This document shows positions 55,483 through 63,891 of a DNA stretch of 64,000 nucleotides, in pieces. The stretch comes from an uncultured Gammaproteobacteria bacterium. GTDB lineage: Bacteria > Pseudomonadota > Gammaproteobacteria > Steroidobacterales > Steroidobacteraceae. The position numbers and the translations under genes are program-made. The notes below the pieces were generated by a model. It saw only the letters and a list, made by a program, of their open reading frames with translations, searched no databases and was not told the origin of the DNA. Each line of letters starts with the position of its first letter. The stretch's first letter is position 1. The stretch covers positions 230,802 through 294,801 of the forward strand of contig CAVPNS010000001.1 in NCBI GenBank assembly GCA_963706815.1, read 5' to 3'.

Positions 55483-56868
55483 ATGTCGAAGAGTCCCGCA
55501 CTCGTGAACTGGCATCCTGCAAGCTGGCAAAGCCGGCCGGCCGCGCAACAGCCGAAGTATGCCGACCCGCTCGCGCTCGGCCGCGCCGTCGCCGAACTGG
55601 CGCGCCTGCCGCCGCTGGTCGTCTCCTGGGAGATCGAGGCGCTGCGCTCCAAGCTCGCGCAGGCGCAGCGCGGCGAGCATTTCCTGCTGCAGGGCGGCGA
55701 TTGCGCCGAGAGCTTCGAGGACTGCGAGTCGGACAATATCGCGCAGCAGCTGAAGATCCTGCTGCAGATGAGCCTGGTGCTGCTGCAGGGAATGAAGAAG
55801 CCCGTGATCCGCGTGGGCCGCTTTGCCGGCCAGTATGCGAAGCCGCGCTCGGCCGACACCGAGACCCGCGATGGCATGACGCTGCCGTGCTATCGCGGCG
55901 ATCTCGTCAATCGGCCGGGGTTCAGCGCCGCGGAACGGGAGCCGGATCCGCAGCTGCTGCTGCGCGGCTATGAGCGCGCAGCGCTGACGCTGAATTTCGT
56001 GCGCGCGCTGGTCGACGGCGGATTCGCGGACCTGCACCATCCGGAATACTGGGATCTCGGCTTCCTGCGGCACGCCGAGCTGCGCGACGCCTACCAGCGG
56101 ATCGTGCAGTCGATCGCCGAGTCGCTGGAGTTCTTCGAGTCGATGAGCGGGCAGCGCGTGCATTCGGCCGCTCGCAGCGATTTCTTCGCGAGCCACGAGG
56201 GCCTGCACCTGCTCTCCGAGCAGGCGCAGACGCGCTACATCGAGCGCCAGCAGCGCTGGTACAACCTGTCGACGCACATGCCGTGGATCGGCATGCGCAC
56301 GGCCAATCCCGATGGCGCGCACGTCGAGTATTTCCGCGGCATCGCCAACCCGATCGGGGTCAAGGTCGGCGCCGGCATGAACGCCGAGTGGCTGCAGGAG
56401 CTGGTGCAGGTGCTGAACCCGCAGAACCAGCCGGGGCGGCTGACGCTGATTCATCGCTTCGGCGCGAAGGACATCGCGCAGCGCCTTCCGGAGCTGATTC
56501 GCGCGGTCAGGTCGAGCGGCAGCCAGGTGCTGTGGGTCTGCGACCCGATGCACGGCAATACCGAGACCACCCTGGGCGGCGTGAAGACGCGGCGCTTCGA
56601 GAATATCCTCGCCGAGGTCGAGGCCTCGTTCCGGATCCACGCCGAGTGCGGCTCGATGCTCGGCGGGGTGCACATCGAGCTGACCGGCGAGGATGTCACC
56701 GAATGCGTCGGCGGCGCACGCGGCCTGACCGAAGCGGATCTGGCGCGCGCCTACCGGTCGCAGGTCGACCCCCGGCTCAACGCCGAGCAGGCGCTGGAAC
56801 TGGCGATGCGCATCGCCCAGCTGGCGGGGGTTCGCAGACGGGTCATCGGGAGCGGGGAAGGGGACTGA
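55483..56868 (+). CDS. DAHP synthase, class II (plant/AroA-II type)
   Basis: ATG at 55483 (MSKSPALVNWHPASWQ). FLLQGGDCAESF, GRFAGQYAKPRS, WIGMRT and DPMHGNT are class II hallmarks. It is 461 aa. Confidence 0.9.
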   Translation: MSKSPALVNWHPASWQSRPAAQQPKYADPLALGRAVAELARLPPLVVSWEIEALRSKLAQAQRGEHFLLQGGDCAESFEDCESDNIAQQLKILLQMSLVLLQGMKKPVIRVGRFAGQYAKPRSADTETRDGMTLPCYRGDLVNRPGFSAAEREPDPQLLLRGYERAALTLNFVRALVDGGFADLHHPEYWDLGFLRHAELRDAYQRIVQSIAESLEFFESMSGQRVHSAARSDFFASHEGLHLLSEQAQTRYIERQQRWYNLSTHMPWIGMRTANPDGAHVEYFRGIANPIGVKVGAGMNAEWLQELVQVLNPQNQPGRLTLIHRFGAKDIAQRLPELIRAVRSSGSQVLWVCDPMHGNTETTLGGVKTRRFENILAEVEASFRIHAECGSMLGGVHIELTGEDVTECVGGARGLTEADLARAYRSQVDPRLNAEQALELAMRIAQLAGVRRRVIGSGEGD

Positions 56869-56924
56869 TTGGATCAATTTTAATATATATAAACTATTAA
56901 AAAACAATAACTTATAATATTTAA

Positions 56925-57203
56925 CTCGAAAATACCGCGAGACTGGCCCGCAGTTTCTGCAATGGCGGCTTGCCTGCCGCCGGCCAAGTGCTATCCTGCA
57001 TGCCCCAACCCCACCCGCTTGCTGTCTTCCGCGGGGAATTTTGATGCGACGGTGCTGTCTGAACAGGACACACGGTTGCCAAGACCGGTTAGAGTGGCTC
57101 AAACCGATTCAGTGAGCCTCAGGTTCGGTTGCGCTCGGGTTAGTCCAAATTCGGCGCGATCAACGGCGGGCTACGCAGTAAAGTGCGTAGCCCGTTTTTT
57201 CTT
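56925..57203 (+). ncRNA. Candidate small or structured RNA (or long structured 3' UTR of the DAHP synthase gene); identity unknown
   Basis: An A/T-rich stretch holds TATAAT at 56913-56918 with a weak -35 (TAAACT) 17 nt upstream. A 10-bp long-range helix pairs 56941-56950 (GACTGGCCCG) with 57136-57145 (CGGGTTAGTC). Local hairpins occur, for example GGCGGC-TTGCCT-GCCGCC at 56964-56981 and GGCTCA...TGAGCC at 57096-57118. A strong intrinsic terminator lies at 57168-57203. There is no credible ORF. Confidence 0.3.
57168..57203 (+). terminator. Rho-independent terminator
   Basis: It has a perfect 10-bp stem, GGGCTACGCA (57168-57177) with TGCGTAGCCC (57184-57193), and a 6-nt loop. The stem is followed by GTTTTTTCTT. 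Confidence 0.8.
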
Positions 57204-57214
57204 GTGTACCCGTC

Positions 57215-57856
57215 GTGATCCGAATGACGAATGCCTATGATCCGCAGTGCCGGCGATGCCCCCGGCTGGCCCGGTTTCTCGACTCGGTGCGGCGCGAGGA
57301 GCCCCGGTACTTCTGCAAGCCGGTGCCGCCGTTCGGCGACCCGCTGGCGCGCCTGCTGATCGTCGGTCTTGCCCCGGGCAAGCACGGCGCGAACCGCACC
57401 GGCCGGCCGTTCACGGGCGACTATGCCGGCCTATTGCTCTACGAGACGCTGCACCGCTTCGGCCTCGCGACCGGCCCGGCGTCGACGGCCGCCGATGACG
57501 GCCTGCGCCTGCGCGGCGCGCGCATCACGAATGCCGTCAAGTGCCTGCCGCCGGACAACAAACCCCTGCCTGCCGAAGTGCGCGCCTGCAACGATTTCCT
57601 GCGCGAGGAACTGGCGCAAAGCCGCGAGGCCCGTGTCGTGCTGGCGCTCGGGACGATCGCGCATGCGGCCGTGCTGCGCGCTTGCGGCCTGACGCCGGCG
57701 CGCCATCGCTTCGCCCACGGCGCCGAGCACGCGCTCGGTGCCGGCCGCATCCTGGTCGACTCGTATCACTGCAGCCGCTACAACACCAACACCCGGCGCC
57801 TGACGTCGGCGATGTTCCGGCAGGTCGTGGGCAGGGCGGTCGAGCTGGCCGCATGA
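57215..57856 (+). CDS. Uracil-DNA glycosylase superfamily protein, family 4/5 (UdgB-like)
   Basis: The sequence FGDPLARLLIVGLAPGKHGANRTGRPFTGDYAG resembles the family-5 GLAPxxHGxNRTGRxFTGD motif. The C-terminal HCSRYNTNT matches motif B. The start could instead be the ATG at 57224. Confidence 0.82.
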   Translation: MIRMTNAYDPQCRRCPRLARFLDSVRREEPRYFCKPVPPFGDPLARLLIVGLAPGKHGANRTGRPFTGDYAGLLLYETLHRFGLATGPASTAADDGLRLRGARITNAVKCLPPDNKPLPAEVRACNDFLREELAQSREARVVLALGTIAHAAVLRACGLTPARHRFAHGAEHALGAGRILVDSYHCSRYNTNTRRLTSAMFRQVVGRAVELAA

Positions 57857-59697
57857 GCGTCGATGCGCTGCAGCCGGGCGCGGCGAAGTTCGACGCGAAA
57901 TCATTCGTCGATGCACTGCCGTCGCGGCCCGGCGTCTACCGGATGCTGGGCGACGACGGGGAGATCCTGTACGTGGGCAAGGCGCGCAGCCTGCGCAGCC
58001 GCGTCGGCTCGTATTTCCAGCCCGGCAATGTCCAGCCCAAGGTCCAGGCGCTGATCGCGAAGACCGCGAACATGGAAGTGACGATCACGAATTCCGATAC
58101 CGAAGCGCTGCTGCTCGAGCTGAACCTGATCAAGAAGCACCGGCCCCGGTTCAACGTGATCCTGCGCGACGACAAGAGCTTCCCGTTCCTGCGCCTGTCG
58201 ACCAGTCACGCATTCCCGTCGCTGCGACTGTACCGCGGCAGCCGCCGCGAGCCGGGCCGGTACTTCGGGCCGTATCCGTCGGCCGGCGCCGTGCGCGAGA
58301 CCCTGCATCAGCTGCAGAAACTGTTCCGGCTGCGGGACTGCGAGGAGACTTACTTCGCGAACCGCTCGCGCCCGTGCCTGCAGTACCAGATCCAGCGCTG
58401 CACGGGACCGTGCGTCGGCCTGATCTCCCGCGAGCAGTATGCGGCCGATGTCGACGCGGCCACCAAGGTGCTCGAGGGTCGCAGCGACGAAGTCAACCAG
58501 GAGCTGGCTCGCCGCATGGACCAGGCTGCCGCGAAGCTGGATTTCGAGTCGGCCGCCAAGATCCGCGATCAGCTCGCCCACCTCAGGACCGTGCAGGCGC
58601 AGCAGATCGTGACCGCCGACGTGCATCACGATGCCGACATCGTCGCGCTCGCAGCCGGGAGCGGCGAGTACTGCGTCGCGCTGATGTTCGTGCGCGGCGG
58701 GCGCAGCCTCGGCAGCACGACGTTCTTTCCGAAGGCGCCGTTTGCCGAGCCTCAGGAGGTGCTGGCCGCCTTTGTCGCCCAGTACTACGCCGATCGCGAG
58801 GCGCCGCCCGAGATCATCGTTGAGCATGATTTCGACGAGGTGCCCGTGCTGGAGTCGACGCTGGCCGCGCGCTCCGGTCACCGCGTGCGCATTGCCTCCT
58901 CGGTACGCGGCATCCGCGCACGCTGGCTGGAGATGATGCGGGAAAACGCGCGGCAGGCGCTCAACATGCGTGGCCTCGCGCGCTCCAGCATCGAGGCCAA
59001 CCTGGAAGAGCTGCGCGACGTGCTCGATCTTGAGGAGACGCCGTCCCGCATCGAATGCTTCGACATCAGTCATATCGCCGGCACCGACACGATCGCTTCC
59101 TGCGTCGTGTTCGGCGTCGAGGGCGCGCTGAAGAGCGAATACCGGCGCTTCAACATCGCGGGAATTGCCCCCGGGGACGACTACGCGGCGATGCATCAGG
59201 CCCTGACGCGGCGCTATCGGCGCGTGCGCGACGGCGAAGTCGTTGCCCCGGACGTGCTGCTGATCGATGGCGGCAAGGGGCAGCTGGCGGCTGCGGCCCG
59301 GGTCCTGGCCGAGCTCGAGATCAAGGACGTGACGCTGGTCGGGGTTGCCAAGGGGCCGGACCGGCGCGCCGGACAGGAGCAGTTGTTCCGCCTGGGCGCC
59401 GATGCGCCCATGCTGCTGCCGCCGGATTCGAGCGCGCTGCACCTGATCCAGCGCGTTCGGGACGAGGCCCATCGGTTTGCCGTGGCGGGGCACCGGCGCA
59501 AGCGGGCCAAGCGCCACAACGAGTCGATACTGGAGACCATCCCCGGTCTTGGGCCGGTCAAGCGGCGCGAACTTCTCAAGCAATTCGGCGGCTTACAAGG
59601 GATACTGCGGGCAGGCGTCGACGATTTCGTGCAGGTTCGCGGCTTAGGCAGGAATTTAGCCGAAGTGATTTATGAGCACCTCCACCCAGGCAATTGA
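57853..59697 (+). CDS. uvrC: Excinuclease ABC subunit C
   Basis: The ATG at 57853 overlaps the upstream stop (ATGA). The GIY-YIG N-terminus is PGVYRMLGDDGEILYVGKARSLRSRV. A UvrBC-interaction region, an endonuclease domain and a C-terminal (HhH)2 follow. Confidence 0.93.
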   Translation: MSVDALQPGAAKFDAKSFVDALPSRPGVYRMLGDDGEILYVGKARSLRSRVGSYFQPGNVQPKVQALIAKTANMEVTITNSDTEALLLELNLIKKHRPRFNVILRDDKSFPFLRLSTSHAFPSLRLYRGSRREPGRYFGPYPSAGAVRETLHQLQKLFRLRDCEETYFANRSRPCLQYQIQRCTGPCVGLISREQYAADVDAATKVLEGRSDEVNQELARRMDQAAAKLDFESAAKIRDQLAHLRTVQAQQIVTADVHHDADIVALAAGSGEYCVALMFVRGGRSLGSTTFFPKAPFAEPQEVLAAFVAQYYADREAPPEIIVEHDFDEVPVLESTLAARSGHRVRIASSVRGIRARWLEMMRENARQALNMRGLARSSIEANLEELRDVLDLEETPSRIECFDISHIAGTDTIASCVVFGVEGALKSEYRRFNIAGIAPGDDYAAMHQALTRRYRRVRDGEVVAPDVLLIDGGKGQLAAAARVLAELEIKDVTLVGVAKGPDRRAGQEQLFRLGADAPMLLPPDSSALHLIQRVRDEAHRFAVAGHRRKRAKRHNESILETIPGLGPVKRRELLKQFGGLQGILRAGVDDFVQVRGLGRNLAEVIYEHLHPGN

Positions 59698-60271
59698 TAA
59701 AAAAGGATATTTTAATCTCCCCAATGCGCTGACCTGGCTGCGCATCCTGATGATTCCGGCGATCGTGGTGCTGTTCTACCTGCCGTTCTGGTGGGCGGAT
59801 CCGGCGGCCTGCGCCGGGTTTGCGCTGGCCGGCATCACCGATACGCTGGACGGCTATTACGCGCGCAAGCTCGGCCTGACCTCGCGCCTCGGCGCATTCC
59901 TCGACCCGGTTGCCGACAAGCTGATCGTCGCCTCGGCCCTGGTGCTGATCGTCAGCAAGGATCCGCGCTGGTTCATGGTCATCGTCGCGATCGTGATCGT
60001 CGGCCGGGAAATCGCCGTGTCGGCGCTGCGCGAGTGGATGGCCGTGATCGGCGCGCGCGCGCGCGTCGCGGTCTCGGGCCTTGGCAAGCTCAAGACCATC
60101 ATGCAGATCGTCGGCCTCTCCTGCCTGCTGTTCCGCCGGGACCTGTTCGGCCTGCCGGTCTATGCGATCGGCATCGTGCTGACGCTCGTTGCAACCGTGC
60201 TGACGCTGTGGTCGATGGTCCTGTACCTGCGCCTCGCATGGCCCGAATTGCGGGGCAGTTCAAGGCTTTAG
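59672..60271 (+). CDS. pgsA: CDP-diacylglycerol--glycerol-3-phosphate 3-phosphatidyltransferase
   Basis: The CDP-alcohol phosphotransferase motif is DTLDGYYARKLGLTSRLGAFLDPVADK, and the protein has multiple TM helices. The ATG at 59672 overlaps the uvrC 3' end by 26 nt. Confidence 0.9.
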   Translation: MSTSTQAIDKKGYFNLPNALTWLRILMIPAIVVLFYLPFWWADPAACAGFALAGITDTLDGYYARKLGLTSRLGAFLDPVADKLIVASALVLIVSKDPRWFMVIVAIVIVGREIAVSALREWMAVIGARARVAVSGLGKLKTIMQIVGLSCLLFRRDLFGLPVYAIGIVLTLVATVLTLWSMVLYLRLAWPELRGSSRL

Positions 60272-60294
60272 CCGATGCTTTTCCACGGTTGTTC

Positions 60295-60322
60295 TTGACT
60301 CCGGGCCGTTCGGCTCTACAAT
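60295..60322 (+). promoter_or_regulatory. Sigma-70-type promoter for the tRNA genes
   Basis: TTGACT (60295-60300), a 16-nt spacer, then TACAAT (60317-60322). A GC-rich discriminator TGCGCCTC follows. The tRNA starts at 60339. Confidence 0.55.
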
Positions 60323-60338
60323 TGCGCCTCGGTTTCCG

Positions 60339-60414
60339 GCGGGAATAGCTCAGTTGGTAGAGCGCAACCTTGCCAAGGTTGAGGTCGGGAGTTCGAGCCT
60401 CCTTTCCCGCTCCA
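60339..60414 (+). tRNA. tRNA-Gly (anticodon GCC)
   Basis: I folded the cloverleaf by hand. The acceptor stem pairs GCGGGAA with TTCCCGC. The anticodon arm is CAACC-TTGCCAA-GGTTG. The T-loop is GGTTCGAGCC-like (GAGTTCGAGCCTC). The 3' CCA is encoded. Confidence 0.95.
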
Positions 60415-60425
60415 GTTTCCGCAAT

Positions 60426-60456
60426 AACCCCGGCTCGTCCGGGGTTTGCTTTTTTT
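60426..60456 (+). terminator. Rho-independent terminator between the two tRNA genes
   Basis: The stem pairs AACCCCGG (60426-60433) with CCGGGGTT (60439-60446) around the loop CTCGT. It is followed by TGCTTTTTTT. Confidence 0.65.
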
Positions 60457-60464
60457 GACGCCTC

Positions 60465-60538
60465 GGCTAGGTGGCAGAGTGGTCATGCAGCGGCCTGCAA
60501 AGCCGCGTACAGCGGTTCGATTCCGCTCCTAGCCTCCA
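60465..60538 (+). tRNA. tRNA-Cys (anticodon GCA)
   Basis: The acceptor stem pairs GGCTAGG with CCTAGCC. The anticodon arm is GCGGC-CTGCAAA-GCCGC. The T-arm is AGCGGTTCGATTCCGCT. The 3' CCA is encoded. Confidence 0.95.
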
Positions 60539-60654
60539 ATGCGTCGACATCGGCACTCTGTGACCGAATCGGCTTCCCCGGGCCGCCGCATACGTCGGAC
60601 AATTGCCATAACTAGAGTGACCGGGGTCTTTCCGCGTCACACAGGGAATCCGCG

Positions 60655-63096
60655 TTGCTTCCACCGATAGCCGAGGTCGCCGCCAGCCATAATCCAGCCG
60701 CCGGCGACATGATCGGCGCCGTTTTTGGCCTGCTGGCCATTACGTACTGGTGGATGTGGCGGCGCGGCCGCGACCCGGGCGTGGGCTGGCTCGCGATCAG
60801 CTGGGCGCTGTCCGGCACCTGGTTCCTGTCGACCGCCGTGCAATCCCTGGGCGGAGTTCATATCGTATCAACCGGCTGGGATTTCGTGGTGGTGGGAGCA
60901 ACGGTCAGCCTCAGCATCGGGCTTGCCGACTATCTCGAGATCCGGGCGCCCTGGCGCGGGCGCGCCATCGCAGCCATGCTGGCGCCGATTGCGATGCCGG
61001 TCGCGTTGTTCGTGTACGTGGCCCTGAGCGGCGCGCTGATTCCCCGGTGGATCAACAACGCGCCGCTCGCGGCGTGGTACGCAATGATGGGCCTCGTGAT
61101 CTGGCGGGCCGGCCGCCGCGATCGCGATACCGATCACCGGCTCGTGGCCGCGATGTTCTTTTTTCTGCCGCCGCTGTTCATCGCACGCGCTTTCACGGGC
61201 GCGAATCCCGCGGACGAGCGCTACCTGGCCGCGCTTCCGCAGATCATGTTCGGCCTGTCGCTGCTGACCTCGACGCTGCTGCGCCGCCGGCGCACGCTGG
61301 AGGCCGAGGTGACCCGGCGCTGTGCGGCCGAAGCGCAGCTGATCGCGCTGAACACCGAGCTGGAGGCCCGGCTGCTCGCCTTGCAGCAGGCCGAGGAGCG
61401 CTATCGCACGCTGGCGGAGTGGACTCCGGAAGCGATCGCCGTGCTTCGCGACGGGGTCATGCTGTATGCCAATCCGGCCCTGTCGGCGATGTTCGGCGCG
61501 CACTCGCCGCTGGAGCTCGTGGGCAGACCGGTCCTGGATCTGGTGCACCCGGCGTTCCATGACGTGATGCGCACGCAGCTCAGGAACCTGGTGCGGGACG
61601 GCGTCTCCGAACTCGTGAACCGCGCGCAGTGCGTCAGGCTCGACGGGTCGGTCATCGACGTCGAGACGAAGGCGATAGACATCATGTTCGACGCCGGGCC
61701 CGCGGTCTACGTCGTTGTCCGCGACATCACCGCGCGACTGAAGGCCGAGGCGAACATCCAGCGCCTGGCCTATTACGACGACCTGACCGGCCTGCCCAAC
61801 CGGCGTCTGTTCCTGGACCGTCTGGCCGGGTCGCTGAACGAGGCGCGAGCCTCCGGGCAGTTCGGCGCGCTGATGTTCGTCGACCTGGACAACTTCAAGC
61901 ACCTGAACGATGCCCGCGGCCATGCGCTCGGGGACCGGCTGCTCGTCGAGGTCGCGAAGCGGGTAGCCGGGGTTCTGCAGCCGCAGGACACGTTCGCGCG
62001 GCTAGGCGGGGACGAATTCGTCGTGATCGTGAACCGCCTCGGGCCGGACGTGCCGATGGCGCAGATCGCTTCGCTGGGAATCGCCGAGAACATCCGCGCG
62101 GCGCTCGCCAGCACGTTCGACATCGAGGGCAACCGCTGCTCCGGAACCGGCAGCATCGGGCTTACGTTGTTTCCAAAAAGCGGCGATGCCGCCGATAACC
62201 TGCTGCGCGAGGCCGATACGGCGATGTACCGGGCGAAGCAGGCGGGGCGCAACCGCATCGCCTGGTTCGAACCGGCGATGCAATCCGAGGCCGAGGAGCG
62301 CTTCGCGCTGGTCGGTGACCTGAAGGACGCGATCGATGCCGGCCAGATCGACGTCCACGTGCAGCCCCAGTTCGAGGCCGGCAACGTCGAGACCGGAGGC
62401 GAGCTGCTGTTGCGCTGGAATCACCCGCTGCGCGGGGCGGTCTCGCCGGCGCACTTCATCCCGGTCGCGGAGGAGTCAGGGCTGATCCTGCGCCTCGGCG
62501 AGCTGGTCCTGCGGCGCGCGTGCGAAGCGCTAGCGCAGATGGAGCACGACGGCTGCCTGGTGCCGCTGTCGGTGAACATCAGCCCGCTGCAGTTCCACCA
62601 GGACGATTTCGTGGCGCGGATGCGCGCTCTGCTCAAGGCTACGGGTGCGCGGGCCACTCACCTCGTGTTCGAGGTCACCGAAGGCCTGTTCATCGACCAG
62701 TGGCAGCGAGTCGCGGCGCGCATGACGGAGCTCGCGCAGATGGGAATCCGCTTCTCGATCGATGATTTCGGCACCGGTTACTCGAGTCTCGCCTACCTGA
62801 AGAAGCTGCCGCTGCAGGAGCTCAAGATCGACCGTCAGTTCGTGCAGAATACGCCGCTGGACGCGAACGACCGGGCGATCGTCGTCTCGATCATCGCCGT
62901 GGCCCGGTCATTCAGGCTGCGCATCGTCGCCGAAGGGGTGGAAACCCAGGCCCAGGCCGACATCCTCGCGAGCGAGGGCTGCGACTGCTACCAGGGATTC
63001 CTGTTCGGCCGGCCGCTGCCGCTCGAGACCTGGCTCGCAGCCCGGCGGCGGATGCCGGCTGCCGCCCTGCCGCGGCGCAAGGCCAGCGGCAACTGA
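60655..63096 (+). CDS. Membrane-bound PAS-GGDEF-EAL signalling protein
   Basis: 813-aa ORF. The N-terminal ~230 aa hold about 6-7 hydrophobic helices of a type I do not recognise. A coiled coil follows, then PAS, then GGDEF (RLGGDEFVVIV) and EAL (FEVTEG, DDFGTGYSS, QGFLFGRP). The start is uncertain: TTG at 60655 or ATG at 60709. Confidence 0.87.
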   Translation: MLPPIAEVAASHNPAAGDMIGAVFGLLAITYWWMWRRGRDPGVGWLAISWALSGTWFLSTAVQSLGGVHIVSTGWDFVVVGATVSLSIGLADYLEIRAPWRGRAIAAMLAPIAMPVALFVYVALSGALIPRWINNAPLAAWYAMMGLVIWRAGRRDRDTDHRLVAAMFFFLPPLFIARAFTGANPADERYLAALPQIMFGLSLLTSTLLRRRRTLEAEVTRRCAAEAQLIALNTELEARLLALQQAEERYRTLAEWTPEAIAVLRDGVMLYANPALSAMFGAHSPLELVGRPVLDLVHPAFHDVMRTQLRNLVRDGVSELVNRAQCVRLDGSVIDVETKAIDIMFDAGPAVYVVVRDITARLKAEANIQRLAYYDDLTGLPNRRLFLDRLAGSLNEARASGQFGALMFVDLDNFKHLNDARGHALGDRLLVEVAKRVAGVLQPQDTFARLGGDEFVVIVNRLGPDVPMAQIASLGIAENIRAALASTFDIEGNRCSGTGSIGLTLFPKSGDAADNLLREADTAMYRAKQAGRNRIAWFEPAMQSEAEERFALVGDLKDAIDAGQIDVHVQPQFEAGNVETGGELLLRWNHPLRGAVSPAHFIPVAEESGLILRLGELVLRRACEALAQMEHDGCLVPLSVNISPLQFHQDDFVARMRALLKATGARATHLVFEVTEGLFIDQWQRVAARMTELAQMGIRFSIDDFGTGYSSLAYLKKLPLQELKIDRQFVQNTPLDANDRAIVVSIIAVARSFRLRIVAEGVETQAQADILASEGCDCYQGFLFGRPLPLETWLAARRRMPAAALPRRKASGN

Positions 63097-63124
63097 ACAC
63101 CGGCCCTATTGAAAAAATTGCCGA

Positions 63125-63613
63125 ATGCGGGATAAATGGCGCCACCGGGGGTGGTGCAAAATCCGTACGTCGAACATCAGGTTCCTTGCCGTCGCTCTGC
63201 TGAGCCTTGCCGCACTGCGGCCGGCGCTGGCGACCGACCTGCAGTCGCCGCTCGGCCTGTGGAAAACCGTTGACGACAAGACCGGCGCTGCGCGTGCGAT
63301 CGTGCGCATCTTCAGCGAGAACGGCAGGCTCTACGGGAACATCGAACAGAGCTTCACGCCCGGCGCGAGCACGCGCGTCTGCGCGGTCTGCAAGGACGAT
63401 CGCAAGGATCACCCGATCATCGGACTGCAGATCATCCGCGGCATGGTGCAGCGTGACAGCGAGTTCGCCGGCGGCGAAATCCTCGATCCGGACTCCGGCT
63501 GGATCTACCGCTGCAAGTTCCATCTCGAAGACGGCGGCCGGAAGCTCGTTGTGCGCGGCTACCTTGGGTTCTCGCTGTTCGGCCGCTCCCAGACCTGGGT
63601 ACGGGAGCCTTAA
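63125..63613 (+). CDS. DUF2147-family secreted protein
   Basis: It has a signal peptide (FLAVALLSLAALRPALA). PLGLWKTVDDKTGAARAIVRI...GEILDPDSGWIYRCKFHLEDGGRKLVVRGYLGFSLFGRSQTW matches the DUF2147 pattern. No Shine-Dalgarno sequence is evident. Confidence 0.72.
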   Translation: MRDKWRHRGWCKIRTSNIRFLAVALLSLAALRPALATDLQSPLGLWKTVDDKTGAARAIVRIFSENGRLYGNIEQSFTPGASTRVCAVCKDDRKDHPIIGLQIIRGMVQRDSEFAGGEILDPDSGWIYRCKFHLEDGGRKLVVRGYLGFSLFGRSQTWVREP

Positions 63614-63891
63614 AAGAGACGCAAGCGCGACGGCGGCGGCGCGTTGACACGAAGTCAGGCCAATGACATATTTGTGGCGTCTCGTTGAACGGGCTGGTGA
63701 TTTTTCGTTGATGTCGAGTGAATGCTGATTTCTCCCCGCATTTCGCAGGATAAGGGCACAGACCCTTAGGGGATTCGGCAGGTCGGGGACGAACGCTCAA
63801 CGGCGGTTTGGTTATGCGTTGACGCTGCCTCGCAGGGCTGTCCGGCGGTGCGGTGATCATTTCACTCGTCTGAATCAATCGGGAGATTGCG

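Noticed and set aside
56925-57203. Identity of the candidate RNA as 6S RNA, tmRNA, RNase P RNA or SRP (4.5S) RNA.
   Set aside because: I could not find the hallmarks. There is no tRNA-like 3' end or tag ORF (tmRNA) and no GAAAGUCCGG-type core (RNase P). There is no GGAAGCAGCC-type SRP motif, and no long imperfect rod with a central bubble (6S). It is left unnamed.
56962-57240. 92-aa plus-strand ORF in the DAHP synthase/UDG spacer.
   Set aside because: It has no Shine-Dalgarno sequence and a Cys/Pro/Arg-rich composition. It runs straight through a strong intrinsic terminator and into the next gene.
60370-60664. ORFs 60370..60615 (+) and 60467..60664 (-).
   Set aside because: They overlap the two well-folded tRNA genes and the terminator between them, so they are spurious.
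60339-63096. tRNA-associated genomic island downstream of tRNA-Gly/tRNA-Cys.
   Set aside because: There is no integrase and no direct repeat of a tRNA 3' end that I could see. Composition does not shift, and the downstream genes are ordinary signalling or periplasmic genes.
63614-63891. Cobalamin riboswitch upstream of the TonB-dependent receptor. The string AAGTCAGGCC superficially resembles the start of a B12 box.
   Set aside because: The match stops after 7-8 nt. It overlaps the predicted promoter rather than lying at the 3' side of a structured aptamer. The other conserved aptamer elements are not visible.
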